A stretch of 63,423 nt of DNA, counting the filler, from Folioceros fuciformis (lineage: Eukaryota): assembly GCA_049999805.1 (NCBI GenBank). It is 3 parts of 2 records of this genome, joined end to end, with 100 filler letters (N's around TTAATTAATTAA, not from the genome) between each part and the next. Parts side by side here need not be neighbours in the genome. Positions count along the whole stretch, not along the records: positions 15,040 to 43,114 come from JBNGIO010006132.1; 2 more parts are not named here. One strand, given 5' to 3'. Each line of letters opens with the position of its first letter. Position 1 is the first letter of the stretch. Of the stretch, positions 24,330 to 36,519 are shown piece after piece. Made by a program: the position numbers and the translations under genes. The notes under the pieces are model-generated. The model worked only from the letters and a program-made list of their open reading frames with translations. It searched no databases and was not told where the DNA came from.

Positions 24330-27040
24330 TAGCATCCACTCCTTCCTGTTGAATTTTTGTAGACAACTGTCATCCAATTGAGCCATAGATTAGATAGGCA
24401 AGCACCCTACAGCGATCCTCACCACGTTTGGGAAAGTAGCAATTTCCCTAAAGCTTCATCTAAACCAAAGAGTGCTGAGTGATTGCCACAGTAGTTGTAG
24501 GGAAGAGGTTGAAGGCACCTATTGAAGGGTTTACCCTTGCAATAAGGCACCTGTTGAACAATAGTTGAATACGGACTTGGAACTCTCATTGTCACTGTCT
24601 GGGCAATTAGTCCCTATGAAAAGGTTCAACCACATCGTAAGCTCATAATTCTTGGCTAATCGAAACCAATACTTGCAAGCTGGTTTACTGTTGGTTTGCT
24701 ATACCCTAGGTTGTCGTTGTGCGGCCACCTTCCTACCCTAGTTCTTTTATCGAGACCGTGATTGACCATAGTGCCCCATAGCTAATCATCATGTCATCCT
24801 TGGCTTGACCTTCCAACATATCCTCGGAGGAGACAACTCTATAAGATCAAGCGGATCGTTGCCTATTGACAAGGAAATGAAGACTGCACAGTCAAAATTG
24901 GGAAGAGCCATGTCCTGCGCTAAATCTAAATCTCCTTCCCTACCACCCAATGTGTAAGAGCCCCACTCTTCTTTCCCCACCTCCACACGTGTTTACAACG
25001 CCTTCGTGACTTCCTCGTTCATGCCTATCTGTAGCCAATTGAAGATGACTCTAACATGGCGAGTTGGCAACACAAACTCCTCTCTAATTGCCTCCACCTC
25101 CTTCCACCGATGCTCAACCTTACCCCATAAGTGTCGTCAGGGCAATAGTGCTTGTCTACTAGCTCAACTGAAGATTTGGGTGCAAGACACTCTGGTGATA
25201 AACTGCGGAACCCAGAGTAAAGCCTAAAGCCTTGCAAGGGTGAACCTAGCACATCGTCCATGCACAAAGGGTTAGCTTGAATAAGGAAGGGTTTCACCTC
25301 AAGATAACTCGTTCAGATTGACTTGAATAGTAGAGAATAGTCGCTCGAATCGAGAAGGGGACTATCTGCATGAATGTTGCCCACTAATCTTCTCCCTTGC
25401 GAAATGCCTTGTGTTCATCCCATGTGCTCTGTGACGAAGCACTTCTAAGGGTAGCTAGAAGGGTCCACAGCTTTAACAATCCAATGTGCATGTAAGGCTT
25501 TCATCTTGCTTACGGGGTCCATTAGTCCTAATCCTCCCATGGCCATGCGCCTAAGTTGGGTTATTTAGTGTCATGTCACCTTTTGCCCTACTGCAGCTCC
25601 ATCACCTATTCGGTTTCATAGGAAATTGAATAAAACCTATTGTAGTCTCTTATAATCTAACTTAGAAGAAGCACAGAGAAAGAGATAGTACCACATGGGA
25701 GTAGTCAAAATGAAGTTTACCGCTACCAGTTTGCCGGCAAGGTTGAGCTCCAAAAGTTGAAGTCCTGCTGCTGTCCGAATGAATTTGCCAATCTTACCAG
25801 TCTCCTGGATAACCTCAAATGACAAACCTACAGGTTTGTGCAAGGAGTCCGGTTGTACTCACATGATATGTCTGATGCAGTATGGAATCTCACTCCCCAA
25901 ATTCGTACAAAGCCTATATGTTTTCCCTTAGTTGACTTTGCACCCAAAGAGTTGATCTAAGACATGAAACTTGTGCAACAATGACTTCAGAGAGGATTCC
26001 TTAGCTGATAAGAAGAGCATGGTGTCATCCTTAAAAGCTAAGATGCAAAGTTGTGTCCCATCTCGCACTTGGATGTCTTCAACGTCTGGATTCTTCTCAT
26101 TGCTCGCTGTAGAAAGTTAATAATAATAATGCATAGCGAGCAAGTAAGAGGACAACCTTGATGGACTGAATGTGTTATGTCAAAAGGCTCATAAAAGGTA
26201 CCATTGATGGCAACCTTAACAACTACCTCCTCACATAGAACGGTAACCCACCTACGAAGTTATTGCCTAGCCCAAAGTTGCGGAGACCTACCATAGGAAA
26301 TGCCATTCCGCTAAGTCATAGGCCTTGAAGAAATCTAGGTAGATGAAGAGTACATATTTATGTCAAGCCAAGATCTTGTAAGTGGCCTCTCGTACGAAGA
26401 GCAAGTTGTCCAAAATGCACCTACTTCGAATATAACCCCTTTGTTATGTCTCAATCCAGTCATCTAGGAATGGCTTTAGTCAGTTGGCCTGGACCTTTGC
26501 AATCACTTTGTATGTGGTTGTAAGCAAAGTGGTAGGTTGCCAATTAGAGATGAAGACATTTGCATTATGTTTAAGGAGTAGCCAGATAACGTCCATATTA
26601 AACCAACTCGCACTACCCTCGTTCTAGGTCATATTCACCACCTCCATGAAGAGTGGTCATAGAAACTCCCACCCCCAAAGAAGGAATTATGGCAGCATGC
26701 ATCGTGCCCGTGGGATTTATTCTAAGGAATACCCTTGAGGACCTTGAACGGCCTTTGCAGGTGCGATAGGGACATTGTACAACAATTCCTAAGCTTCAAA
26801 CACCTTGGCCAAGAATTTCCCATATGTTGATGCCCAAAGTAGCTCCCATCCTGCGACCTTCCCTAGGTTGGAGACAATACCGACAAAGAAAATAGCTTTG
26901 CTCTTGTTCAGGACAAAGAGTTGGTCCTTGCTTTTTGGCTTGACCTTGCATTGAGGCTCTTGAACCGCACCAGCAACGTTCATAAATCCTGATGAGGTGC
27001 CATCTGGGTTCGGTCCATCCTTGGATTTGGTCAAGAACAA
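24330..27040 (-). mobile_element. Degenerate non-LTR retrotransposon (L1-like LINE) ORF2 remnant
   Basis: The minus strand reads NWQPTTLLTTTYKVIAK, CILDNLL, LDFFKAYD..EWHFLW and FKDDTMLFL (RT motifs), interrupted by stops and frameshifts. The boundaries are approximate. Confidence 0.85.
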
Positions 27041-27300
27041 TCAAACATCCCTAGGCTAGCAGCGACTAGTTATAAACTAGCTAGGCTAATAATGCCATCA
27101 AACAAAGCAAAGCTTGTTAAGGACGTCAAGAACATCCGAAACCCAGTTGGAGTATCTTGGCTGCACATGGAGTTCATTCAAGAGGGTGCGAGAACTAGGT
27201 GAGAATTCACAGAGAGGGAGATATCCACGGAAGGGAAATCCCGGCTGGGAACCCGGGATCAGCGGTTTGACTGCGTCTGTACACAGCAGGAGTGGAAAGC

Positions 27301-28799
27301 ATGGGAGGGGGCAAGAAGCAGCAGCGCCAGAGGCGACAGTCGCGATGCCATTATGATCTGCCGTCGTCGGCCTTCGATGCAGCAGGAGTTGGATCAGAAC
27401 CACGTCATGCGGTGCACGAGCAAGATTCAGACCAAGACGAGGGAGCTTGGGCCAGCGGGGTCGACAGGCACGCTTTGTACCAGCGGTCTGTGCAGGTGCG
27501 GTTCGTTGTCGTTTCCCCGTCTTCGAGTTTTTGTTTAACAAGAAGAACACTGAGATTGCTCGCTCAGTGCAGTCTCCCAAGGGGGACATCAGCTACTTGC
27601 AGAAGTTTTTCTTGACCTACATCGGGGGAAGGACTCCAATCCATCTCTGGGAAGACTTCTGTGGAACTGCATTCATATGGTGTGTCTTTGGTGTTTGCGG
27701 TTGCGTTGAGCTGCGTCTTTCCTGGCTTGGGGCTTATGAGTCATGGCAGGATTAGGATCCCGTTTGAAACGTGATGGCCAGTGCAGAATGGGTGCGAGGA
27801 GATGCACGGCGCACGGCATTGGGCTTGGATCTGGACATTGATGCACTATCCTGGGGCTTAAAATGTAATGTGGGGAGGCTTGGAGCTGATGCAGAGAGCA
27901 GAGTCCATCTCCTCCTGGGAAATGTCCTTCATCCTGTGTCCATGGACCAGATTGTAAGATCCTCCCATGTTTCATGTGGGAATGTGCCGCCGGGGTCCAA
28001 CTGCAGAACCTCTGGAGACTGCGATGACTTCAAGAGTGCAGGCAATGAGGAAGAGGTGGATTCCAATGTGCCACACGTCCTGATCCATGGGGCGGACATC
28101 ATCTGTGCTTTCAACTACAGCTGCTGTTGCCTTCATAAGAGGTCTGATTTGGTGGCTTACTTTAGGCAAGCTCGGCAGCACTTGAGCAATAAGGGCGGAA
28201 TCTTTGCTATGGACCTGTATGGAGGTGCTTCGTCTGAATGTGCTCTGAAGCTTCGCCGCCGCTTTGATGATTTCACGGTCTGATAGTGTAGAAACCCTGG
28301 TTTATGTTGCATTTCCAAGTTTTCTTATCTTCTTGTGAGGGCAAAGCCCTCTTCTGACCTTGCCTTCTTGGTTGTTTTCCCAGTACACGTGGGAACAAGA
28401 AGCATTTGATGTTCTCACAAGGACAACCCGCATCAGTTTGCATTTCCAGTTGAAAAACAAGGGTGTCTTGCGACATGCTTTCAGTTACAGTTGGCGACTG
28501 TAAGTGGCTACGCTTCTCATTTACTGTTTCATGCTGTTCACTATGCAGCACGCACTAACAATACTTTCCTCTGTTGTGTGTACAGGTGGACTCTTCCTGA
28601 AGTCCGAGATTGCCTTGATGAGGCAGGGTTTGATGCGACTTATGTGTGGGTCAGGGAGATGCCAGATTTGCAGGGAAGAAATGTTGGAGAGGACTTAGAA
28701 GATGACGATGGTCAGTACAGGGAAGCTGGCACTTTTGAGCAAAGAGATGCATGGAATGCATACGTTGTTGCAATCTCAGGGCCACGACAATGTAGCTAA
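27301..28799 (+). CDS. Uncharacterised class I SAM-methyltransferase-like protein, 5 exons (27301-27495, 27573-27679, 27782-28277, 28384-28499, 28586-28799)
   Basis: The spliced translation gives LYQRSVQSPKGDISYLQKFF, EDFCGTA, ALGLDLD, DIICAFNYSCCCLH, GGIFAMDLYGG, YTWEQ and YSWRLWTLPE. All introns are GT-AG. Confidence 0.9.
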
Positions 28800-29045
28800 G
28801 AATCTCACATACTACATTTTAATGGTCTTCAGTTCGCATCAAAATGCTTATACTCGCCATGCCGAGTACCTTATATTAAGAGAAACAGTGCGATACACAT
28901 GGGTGGCTCAAGGGGTCACTCATACCAACGTGAAAACCCCAGGGGTTTGGCTTAAACTGTACAGCGGGGAGACGCATATGGAAAACAGGCGTTTTCCTTG
29001 AAAAGAATTGACAGTAATGTTGAGAAACATCCTCGTTTGTGAGCA

Positions 29046-30806
29046 CTACACTTTGGAATAAGCATAGGCTGCGTTGCGCCGCGCACAGCAGCCGATGGAA
29101 TACAGGAGTCCCTGCACCGTGAAATGCATTTGAGTCAGAGCCGGAGCCAAGGTCTGAACAAGACATGATATTAACACCGCCATGCAGACGTTGGAGAGGG
29201 GACTCACGAGTACAACGAAGACAATGATGTTGAAGATCGCAATGAATCGCCATCTCTGTTTCAGGTATTGTGCAACACCAGCTCTGAACCCAAGAAATTG
29301 TAGACATCTATCAGTCCTTGAGAAAAGCAGATGACAACCCTCCGAAATTAGTTGGTGCAGGGCTTACTTGCAGGAGCCACAGTCGAAGCACTCTACGGTG
29401 GGATCGTTACTATACACCGAGCAGTCTGGTTGAGTGCTGTTGGACTTCTGGCTAAGGTCGAAGTATGTTGCGTTCACTATTGGATATCCACACCTGAAGC
29501 ACATTTGAACTGCACGGTCAGTAGGGCATCTGACGGTCACTGGGTCAGTAGCGCCTCGGAGAAAGTGTGCAATTTTGTACTTTCATCGCTAAAAGCTGCC
29601 CGCGGAAAGGTCAGACAGTTTCCGGACAATGGCTAGGAAACATACTCTGTTGGGGGTCTACAGCAACCCGATTGTATGGAGTTCAGCAGTCCTTGCTGGT
29701 AGAGCTCCACAGTCTGACAGCGTAAAAAGTGGTCAGCCATAAAACAACGTGCGCCGCCCAATGTAGTCTCGTAAGGAGTGTGAGGGGCTCCAACTTACAG
29801 GGTAGGTTGTGGCCAAATCTTTACAGTACTTAGCGTCCACCAAGCAACTCTTTAGGTTCTTCCAGTGATCGGTATCGTTGAGCTTCAAGAACAAAGAGCT
29901 ATTAGATGCCTTCAACTTTGATTATGCCAGCGTACATCAGAGTTGCCGCACGGTTGGGTCCGCAAGGCTCACCCTCTTTATTAGCCACCGGTTGTAATCA
30001 CCAAGCTTGTACTCTTTAAACCTGCCGCCATGAATTGGAACGTAGGTGAGCTTGACTGGATTGCAAGAAAGTGGGAAAGTGACCCTGCAATCAGCGGACG
30101 GGAGAACGCAAACTTACCCTTGGCCACTCACGACATGCCCTGCGCCGGTATTCGTAACCATGAAGCTGGAAACAGAAACCAGATGCTCAGTATTTCGACG
30201 GTAAGGGAATAAAGAATAATCGCGACACGGATGCGGGTCTCGAAAGTTGGGAGGGCAAAAGAGAGGGAGCTTACGCAAAGACTGTAAAGGCGCCGAGGAA
30301 GACGAGCAAAATAAACATGACAGTAAGATACTGCGAGAACAGAAGTCAAGGGTGGCAACTGAAAAGGAACAATACTGGTGTACTATGTTTCGGGTCAACC
30401 ACACGGGGATGGATACAATCCACAGAAGGAAGGAGATGTCTCTCCAGGCTCCGATGAAGCCGATCAATGATCTGCCAACCAGGTTGTTAGATAAATATGT
30501 GCAATCAGATGTTCCATCGTGCAGAAGGCATGTGGAGATACTTACAGCACAAAAGTGAAAACTCCGAGGACTAGGACAGGTTGCATCAAAAACTTGGCGC
30601 AATCTTGATGTCTGGTAGATAAATAAATTCCTAAAGCCAGAAGGCCAAGAGAGAAAATCTGCCAAGACAAGCGGCCACAATAGGAACGTCCGTCAGAAGA
30701 ACTCCAACGGACTTAAAAGCCGAGCTGGCTGGCGGTAAAGGACTGTCATTACCATGGTTAGAAAATTGATCCACTTGATGACGAAGGAGCTCAAACCAGC
30801 GGCCAT
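29046..30806 (-). CDS. TET10: Tetraspanin, TET10-like, many short exons
   Basis: The start is MAAGLSSFVIKWINFLTM. Internal segments read FMVTNTGAGH, YKLGDYNRW, WKNLKSCL, SGCCRPP, CGYPIVNATYFDL and CFDCGSCKAGVAQY. The end is GCCARRNAAYAYSKV*. Confidence 0.93.
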
Positions 30807-32512
30807 GGCTGATGGCCGTCAACGCTTGAAGCGGGCGCTGGAACGAGCGAATAACGCGGCAGGAATTAGGCTACCAATACCAAAAAACGGTTACAAGAAG
30901 CGGACAACACAAATCTGCCTCTGAAGCGGCATGCACGACTCGGACTCTCTCCACTGAGTCGTGACAAAAATCTTTGACCCGGAGCTCATATTGTCCTAAA
31001 CAAGCATCACAGCTGCGCACGGCAGTCGCATCCCTGCTAAGAGAAAGAGCTCCACACAGCACCATACCAGGGGGGAACGAGCAGAGCATACAAAAAGTAA
31101 TCCGTATCATCCAGCAAACCGGCTGGAAAAGCACGAACAGTGTCCTAGAAGCAAATCCCACAAGCATACGTCCCCGCTACTCTTGCCGCGTATGGACCGG
31201 ACGATTCGCATCAACATCATTTCAGTGTCCTTGCGGAGGATGACGGACACAACAGCGCGGAGAGCCGCTAAAACGAAAGCATGTCATAGATTCAAGAGCC
31301 AGGACGCTGTCGGCACACAAACAACACCAAACCACAAACCTCTCGAACAAAGGATCGAGGCGACTACCTCTCCTGATCAGTTCCAAGCCGCTCCTTTCAC
31401 AACCTGGTGCAGGCACAGGCTTCCACGGCATCACCCGGAGCACGAGCGACACCAAGTCTCCTGGAATTGGAACAGAATCCACACTCTGCAAACGAACCGT
31501 AGGCAGAAGAAGAGGTTCCTCCACCACGGTCTCCAACAATCCGCCTGTCCAGCAACGTTGAGAGCACGAAGAAGAAAGCCGCTCCCGCGGAAGGCAACCC
31601 TTGCAACGCCGCAAAAGGAATGAATTGAGCCACAGCCCCGTCACTGGCAGTGGCGCACACACCACACAGCACAGGCTTGCTCAAAGAAGCCAGTGAAACC
31701 GGCCACGCCACGAGCACACTCGTCCGCAGCAGCAGGCCCGCGCAATCCCGATTCCCGGGCCGGTGCATGGACGGACCCGGGACCCGCCAACCGGCCTCGC
31801 CCGCCGACATGCACGCTCAATTCAAACTCCATCCCAGAATCAAGCCGTTGGAGCCCGGCGGTCCCCGGTTGCCCGGTTGCCCGGGGGCGGCAGTTAAGGT
31901 CGCAAACGGTCGGCTCAGTTGTGTCAGCGGACGTTACGCAAGGCGTTAATTCTTAACTTCCGTTTAGCTTGGCTGACAAAGAGACGTTCGCCCCAATAGC
32001 GACTCATGCGGCGAGTCCGCCCGACATCGCCATTAAGATAATCGGGTTTCGAAATTCGGGCCCGGAAGAACGTTTGGTCTTCGTACTCCTCGGCTCACGT
32101 ATATGTTCTTCTCTGGTAGCAGGATTTCTCAACAGTCCGGCTTGTTTTACCCCTCTCAAGCAGAATTGCCTGGTGGACTGCATTCCGCGCTCTGCATCTC
32201 TTCCTCCTCTCAATTCTCCTCTGCGAGCTCCTTGTATTGAGGTCGCTATTTCGTTGGGTTGTTGTCGGATTCTGCTCCGAGGGAGCGGAGAATTCAGCTG
32301 GGAGGACTGACCACCGATTTCGGCCTCGGTTTCAATTCCACGGCATAGGTATGCTGTTTTGAGCTCGGCATTGCTGCTTCATGCTCTGGGAGCTGGGGAA
32401 TTCTGCTAGCTTGCTGTGTTGGTAACATCTGGGCACCCTTGTTGCTGCCGGAAAGGCTGAGCTCGGCTTGTGGGTGTTTTTGATTTGTAGCAGAGGCACG
32501 AAAGGAGGGACG

Positions 32513-35425
32513 ATGACGGGGCCAGGGCCGAAGAAGAAGCTTCATGTGGAGGTTGTGAATGCGCGGGCTTTAATGCCCAAGGACGGGCAGGGGTCCGCCA
32601 ATCCTTACGTGACGCTGGACTACGAGAAGCAGCGGATCCGGACCAAGGTGAAGGACAAGGACTTGAATCCGACATGGAACGAGAAGTTCGAGTTCATGCT
32701 GGCGGATGGAGGGGACGGGGTGCTGGAGGTGAACGTGTACAACGACAGGAAGATGGGCCGGCCGAGCGGGTTCCTTGGGAGAGTGCGAATTCCGCTCACT
32801 GACTTGCAGGTGAAAGGGAAGGAAGCAGTGAAGTACTTCAAGTTGGAGAAGCGGAGCCTCTTCTCCCACATCAGAGGCGAGATCGGGCTGAAGATCTACA
32901 CTGAAGACATACCTCCTCCCAAGCCAGCAGCTCCGGCAGCGGCAGGGGCAGCCGCAGCTCCAGCAGCAGCTGCTGCTCCCGCTGCTGCTCCCGCCGCAGC
33001 TCCCGCAGCTGCTGGAGCTGCCCCCGCCGCAGCTGGTGGTGAGAAGAAGGATGAAGGAGCGAAGAAGGATCCCGAGCCCCCGAAACCGAAGCCGGAGCCT
33101 AAGGTCGCAGCCTCGGTCGATCCGAAGGAGTACAACCTCAAGATGTCTGATGCCAGGCTGGGAGGAGCGGGAGAAATGCGGCAAACTCTGGCCTACGATC
33201 TGGTGGAGGAGATGCCGTACTTGTTTGTGAAGCTGGTGAAGGCTCGGGGTCTGGCTGCACACAAGGATGTAAAGGACGGGAATGCCACCAGCAGCGATCC
33301 CTATGCGAAGATCAGTGTTGGGTCTCTGTCTGCCAAGAGCAAGACGGTCACCAAGAACCTGAGTCCGGAGTGGAACCAGGTGTTCGCATTTTCGAAGGGG
33401 AACCTGCATGGTGGGACTCTCCAGATCGAACTCTTCGATGAGCCGGAGAAGCCAGAGAAGGACAAGCCTGCGAAGGACCCGGAATTCCTCGGCGTGGTGA
33501 TGATGGACGTTGGGGAAGTGCCTGTGAGGAAGCCTCCGGAGAGTCCCCTAGCCCCGCAGTGGTACAAGCTGGTTGGCCCAGAAAATCGTGTGAAGGGAGA
33601 TGTGATGCTGGCTGTCTGGATGGGAACTCAGGCGGATGAGGCATTCCAGGATGCGTGGCAGTCGGATACCGGTGGCAATCCCAACTTCAGATCGAAGGTG
33701 TACATGTCGCCTAAGCTGTGGTATTTGAGGGTGAAGATCATTGAAGCCCAGGATTTGCTCCCAGCGGAGAAGGGGAGGGTGCCGGAACCTAGCGTGAAGA
33801 CCCATCTGGGGTCTCAAACCTACAACACCAAGCCTTCTAAGAACCGGAGCACGAGTCCGTTCTGGGATGAGGACTTGATGTTTGTTGCTGCGGAGCCCTT
33901 TGAGGACGTGTTGCATTTGATGGTGGAGGACGCGGTGGGGCCGAAGAAGGAGCTGCTAGGACAAGTTAAGATTCCGCTGAATACTATTGAAAGGAGGATT
34001 GACGGGAGGCAGGTTGGGTCGAGGTGGTATGTGCTGGACAAGGATGACAAGGGGCAGTATAGAGGGAGGATTCACCTTCGGTTGTGTTTCGATGGTGGGT
34101 ATCATGTGATGGAGGAGAGCACCACCCACAGCAGCTGCATGAGGCCTGCTGCGAAGCAGCTGTGGAAGCCGACTGTAGGGATGCTGGAGCTGGGAATTCT
34201 GGGAGCTACGGGGTTGCTTCCCATGAAAACCAATCCGGTGAACAACAGGGCCAGCACGGATTCCTACTGCGTTGCGAAGTATGGGCAGAAGTGGATCAGG
34301 ACCAGGACCATCACTGAGACATTCAATCCGAGGTGGAATGAGCAGTACACTTGGGATGTGTATGATCCATGCACTGTGCTTACGGTTTGCGTGTTTGATA
34401 ATCGACATCTGAGTCCTACTGACAAGCCGGATGCTGTGAAGGATGCTTACATTGGGAAGGTGAGGATCCGGTTGTCTACTCTGGAAAATGACAGGGTGTA
34501 TACCAATCTGTATCCCCTGCTAATGTTGACACAGTCCGGCGTGAAGAAGCATGGGGAGCTGGAGCTGGCTGTGAGGTTCTCGGTGACCTCTACTGTGAAT
34601 GTGATGCAGATCTACCTCCAGCCTCCTCTGCCTCAGATGCACTACTACCATCCTCTGGACCAGACCCAGCTGGAGTTTCTGAGGAGCTCGGCCATGAAGA
34701 TTGTGCAGGGGAGGCTGGCCAGGGCGGAGCCTCCTCTGAGGGCAGAGGTGGTGTCGTATGTACTGGATGCGGACAGTACCATCTGGAGCATGAGGAGGAG
34801 CAAGGCAAATTTTCACAGGATCCTGTCTGTGCTGTCCAGCGCCATCGGCGTGTACAAGTGGTTCCAGGACATCTGCAAGTGGGAGAGCCGGGTGACGACG
34901 GTGCTGGTGCATGTGTTGTTTCTGATTCTGGTGTGGTACCCAGAGCTCATCCTGCCTACGGCCTTCCTGTATCTGTTTCTGAGGGGTGCCTGGAACTATC
35001 GGTTTCGGCCACAGGCCCCGCCCTTCATGGACGCCAAGCTCTCGCAGGGGGAGCAGATCGGGGACCCCGACGAGCTGGAAGAGGAGTTCGAGGTGCTGCC
35101 CAACCAGAAGACGCAGGAGATTCTGAAGCAGCGCTACGACAGGCTGCGGAACGTGAGCAGCAAGATCCAGAACGGGCTTGGGGAGCTGGCTTCGCAGGGG
35201 GAGAGGTTCGAGGCTCTGCTCAGCTGGAGGGACCCAAGGGCTACTCTGGTGTTCGTGCTTTTCTGCCTTGCGGCCGCCGTGGTGCTCTATGTCACTCCCT
35301 TCCGAGTGGTAGCTGTGCTGCTGGGCATCTACGTCATGCGGCCTCCGAGCTTCAGAGATCCCCTTCCTCCCATTCCCCTCAATTTCTTCCGCAGGCTGCC
35401 TTCCAAGGCAGACAGAATTCTCTAG
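32513..35425 (+). CDS. MCTP: Multiple C2 domain and transmembrane region protein (MCTP; FTIP/QUIRKY family), intronless CDS, 970 aa
   Basis: It has four C2 domains (LHVEVVNARALMPKDGQGS, YDLVEEMPYLFVKLVKAR, SPKLWYLRVKIIEAQDL, GMLELGILGA). The PRT_C-type C-terminus reads PDELEEEF...LSWRDPRAT...NFFRRLP. Confidence 0.97.
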   Translation: MTGPGPKKKLHVEVVNARALMPKDGQGSANPYVTLDYEKQRIRTKVKDKDLNPTWNEKFEFMLADGGDGVLEVNVYNDRKMGRPSGFLGRVRIPLTDLQVKGKEAVKYFKLEKRSLFSHIRGEIGLKIYTEDIPPPKPAAPAAAGAAAAPAAAAAPAAAPAAAPAAAGAAPAAAGGEKKDEGAKKDPEPPKPKPEPKVAASVDPKEYNLKMSDARLGGAGEMRQTLAYDLVEEMPYLFVKLVKARGLAAHKDVKDGNATSSDPYAKISVGSLSAKSKTVTKNLSPEWNQVFAFSKGNLHGGTLQIELFDEPEKPEKDKPAKDPEFLGVVMMDVGEVPVRKPPESPLAPQWYKLVGPENRVKGDVMLAVWMGTQADEAFQDAWQSDTGGNPNFRSKVYMSPKLWYLRVKIIEAQDLLPAEKGRVPEPSVKTHLGSQTYNTKPSKNRSTSPFWDEDLMFVAAEPFEDVLHLMVEDAVGPKKELLGQVKIPLNTIERRIDGRQVGSRWYVLDKDDKGQYRGRIHLRLCFDGGYHVMEESTTHSSCMRPAAKQLWKPTVGMLELGILGATGLLPMKTNPVNNRASTDSYCVAKYGQKWIRTRTITETFNPRWNEQYTWDVYDPCTVLTVCVFDNRHLSPTDKPDAVKDAYIGKVRIRLSTLENDRVYTNLYPLLMLTQSGVKKHGELELAVRFSVTSTVNVMQIYLQPPLPQMHYYHPLDQTQLEFLRSSAMKIVQGRLARAEPPLRAEVVSYVLDADSTIWSMRRSKANFHRILSVLSSAIGVYKWFQDICKWESRVTTVLVHVLFLILVWYPELILPTAFLYLFLRGAWNYRFRPQAPPFMDAKLSQGEQIGDPDELEEEFEVLPNQKTQEILKQRYDRLRNVSSKIQNGLGELASQGERFEALLSWRDPRATLVFVLFCLAAAVVLYVTPFRVVAVLLGIYVMRPPSFRDPLPPIPLNFFRRLPSKADRIL

Positions 35426-36519
35426 AGAATTCTGCCTTCCCACGTCTCTCTTTTCTTTCCTACTTTCTTTCTTCCTGCCTGCCTTCGAAAGCTTCTGGTC
35501 GCGGACCCATTCCCTTTTGCGCATTCCTTCTTCCCGTTCTATGTAAGTTTTTTTTTGGCTCCACTGATGTACATTGCTGTAAATTCTCCTTCGGTGCTAC
35601 ATCCTGTGGCAGGGACTAGGACTAGGAAGCGGATACCATAGCGTTTTTAGCTTGCATTCTTAGCTTAGGGGGGAAGAAGCTTAGCTAGCAAGTCAGGGGA
35701 GGCAGATAGACTAGGCTGCCTCTGTGAGAAGCACATTTTTGTATCGCGCATTTGAGCTACGAGTTCAACAACGATGATTTCCTTGGATGTACGTGTATTC
35801 GTTGCACTTTCTTGTAGCAGAAGAGGCAAGAAAGTTGCCTCCTTCTGGAGGAGACGGTCAATTGCGAATGTGGTGCGAATGTGCCAGACGGAGGTGGTGG
35901 GCCTATGGCTGAGTCCAATTCTCCTCGTGGATGCTTTGTATATTATATATATACAGTATTGTTTACAAGTTGATGCCAAAATCCTCAATGAGTCTCACAG
36001 GGATGATGACTTATATATGACCTTGGGGGTGGTCGCAAAATGTCTTGGCGGAGCAATCTGAAATCATGAGAAAGCACCGAATGAGCAAAATGTGCTGTGC
36101 AGATTTACGACGGCAGCGTACCTCTCTCTACGCGGGGTGTGGTAAATCTGAGCGCAGACTTGGATCTGGAACGTCGAATGACGTCGTAAGGCTGGAGCCC
36201 GGTTATATCGCCTCATGAGGTCAATCATACATCAGCCGTCTTGAATGATTTCAATGCTTCTCACCTGTGCGCGCATTCACTGTGGTTGGCAGCTTCCCGT
36301 CTCTGAAATATGGAATGTGCGGTGTTGTGAGTTTTGTGTGCCAACGACCCTGCTTCACGCACCGATCGGGAAAGGTGCTTCTGCACGAGCATTCAGACTG
36401 GAAGCAGTGCAGGGTTGGGTTGTGGGCAGCACTCAGGCTGGAGCAGTGAGGGAATAATCGTTGTAGAGTGAGTGGGCTTTGCCTTGGTGTGGGAAGGTTA
36501 GCTGGGGTTCCAGAAGGCT

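Noticed and set aside
34520-35524. 334-aa and 279-aa (32570-33409) antisense ORFs over the MCTP gene
   Set aside because: These are shadow ORFs expected opposite a long CDS with high third-position GC.
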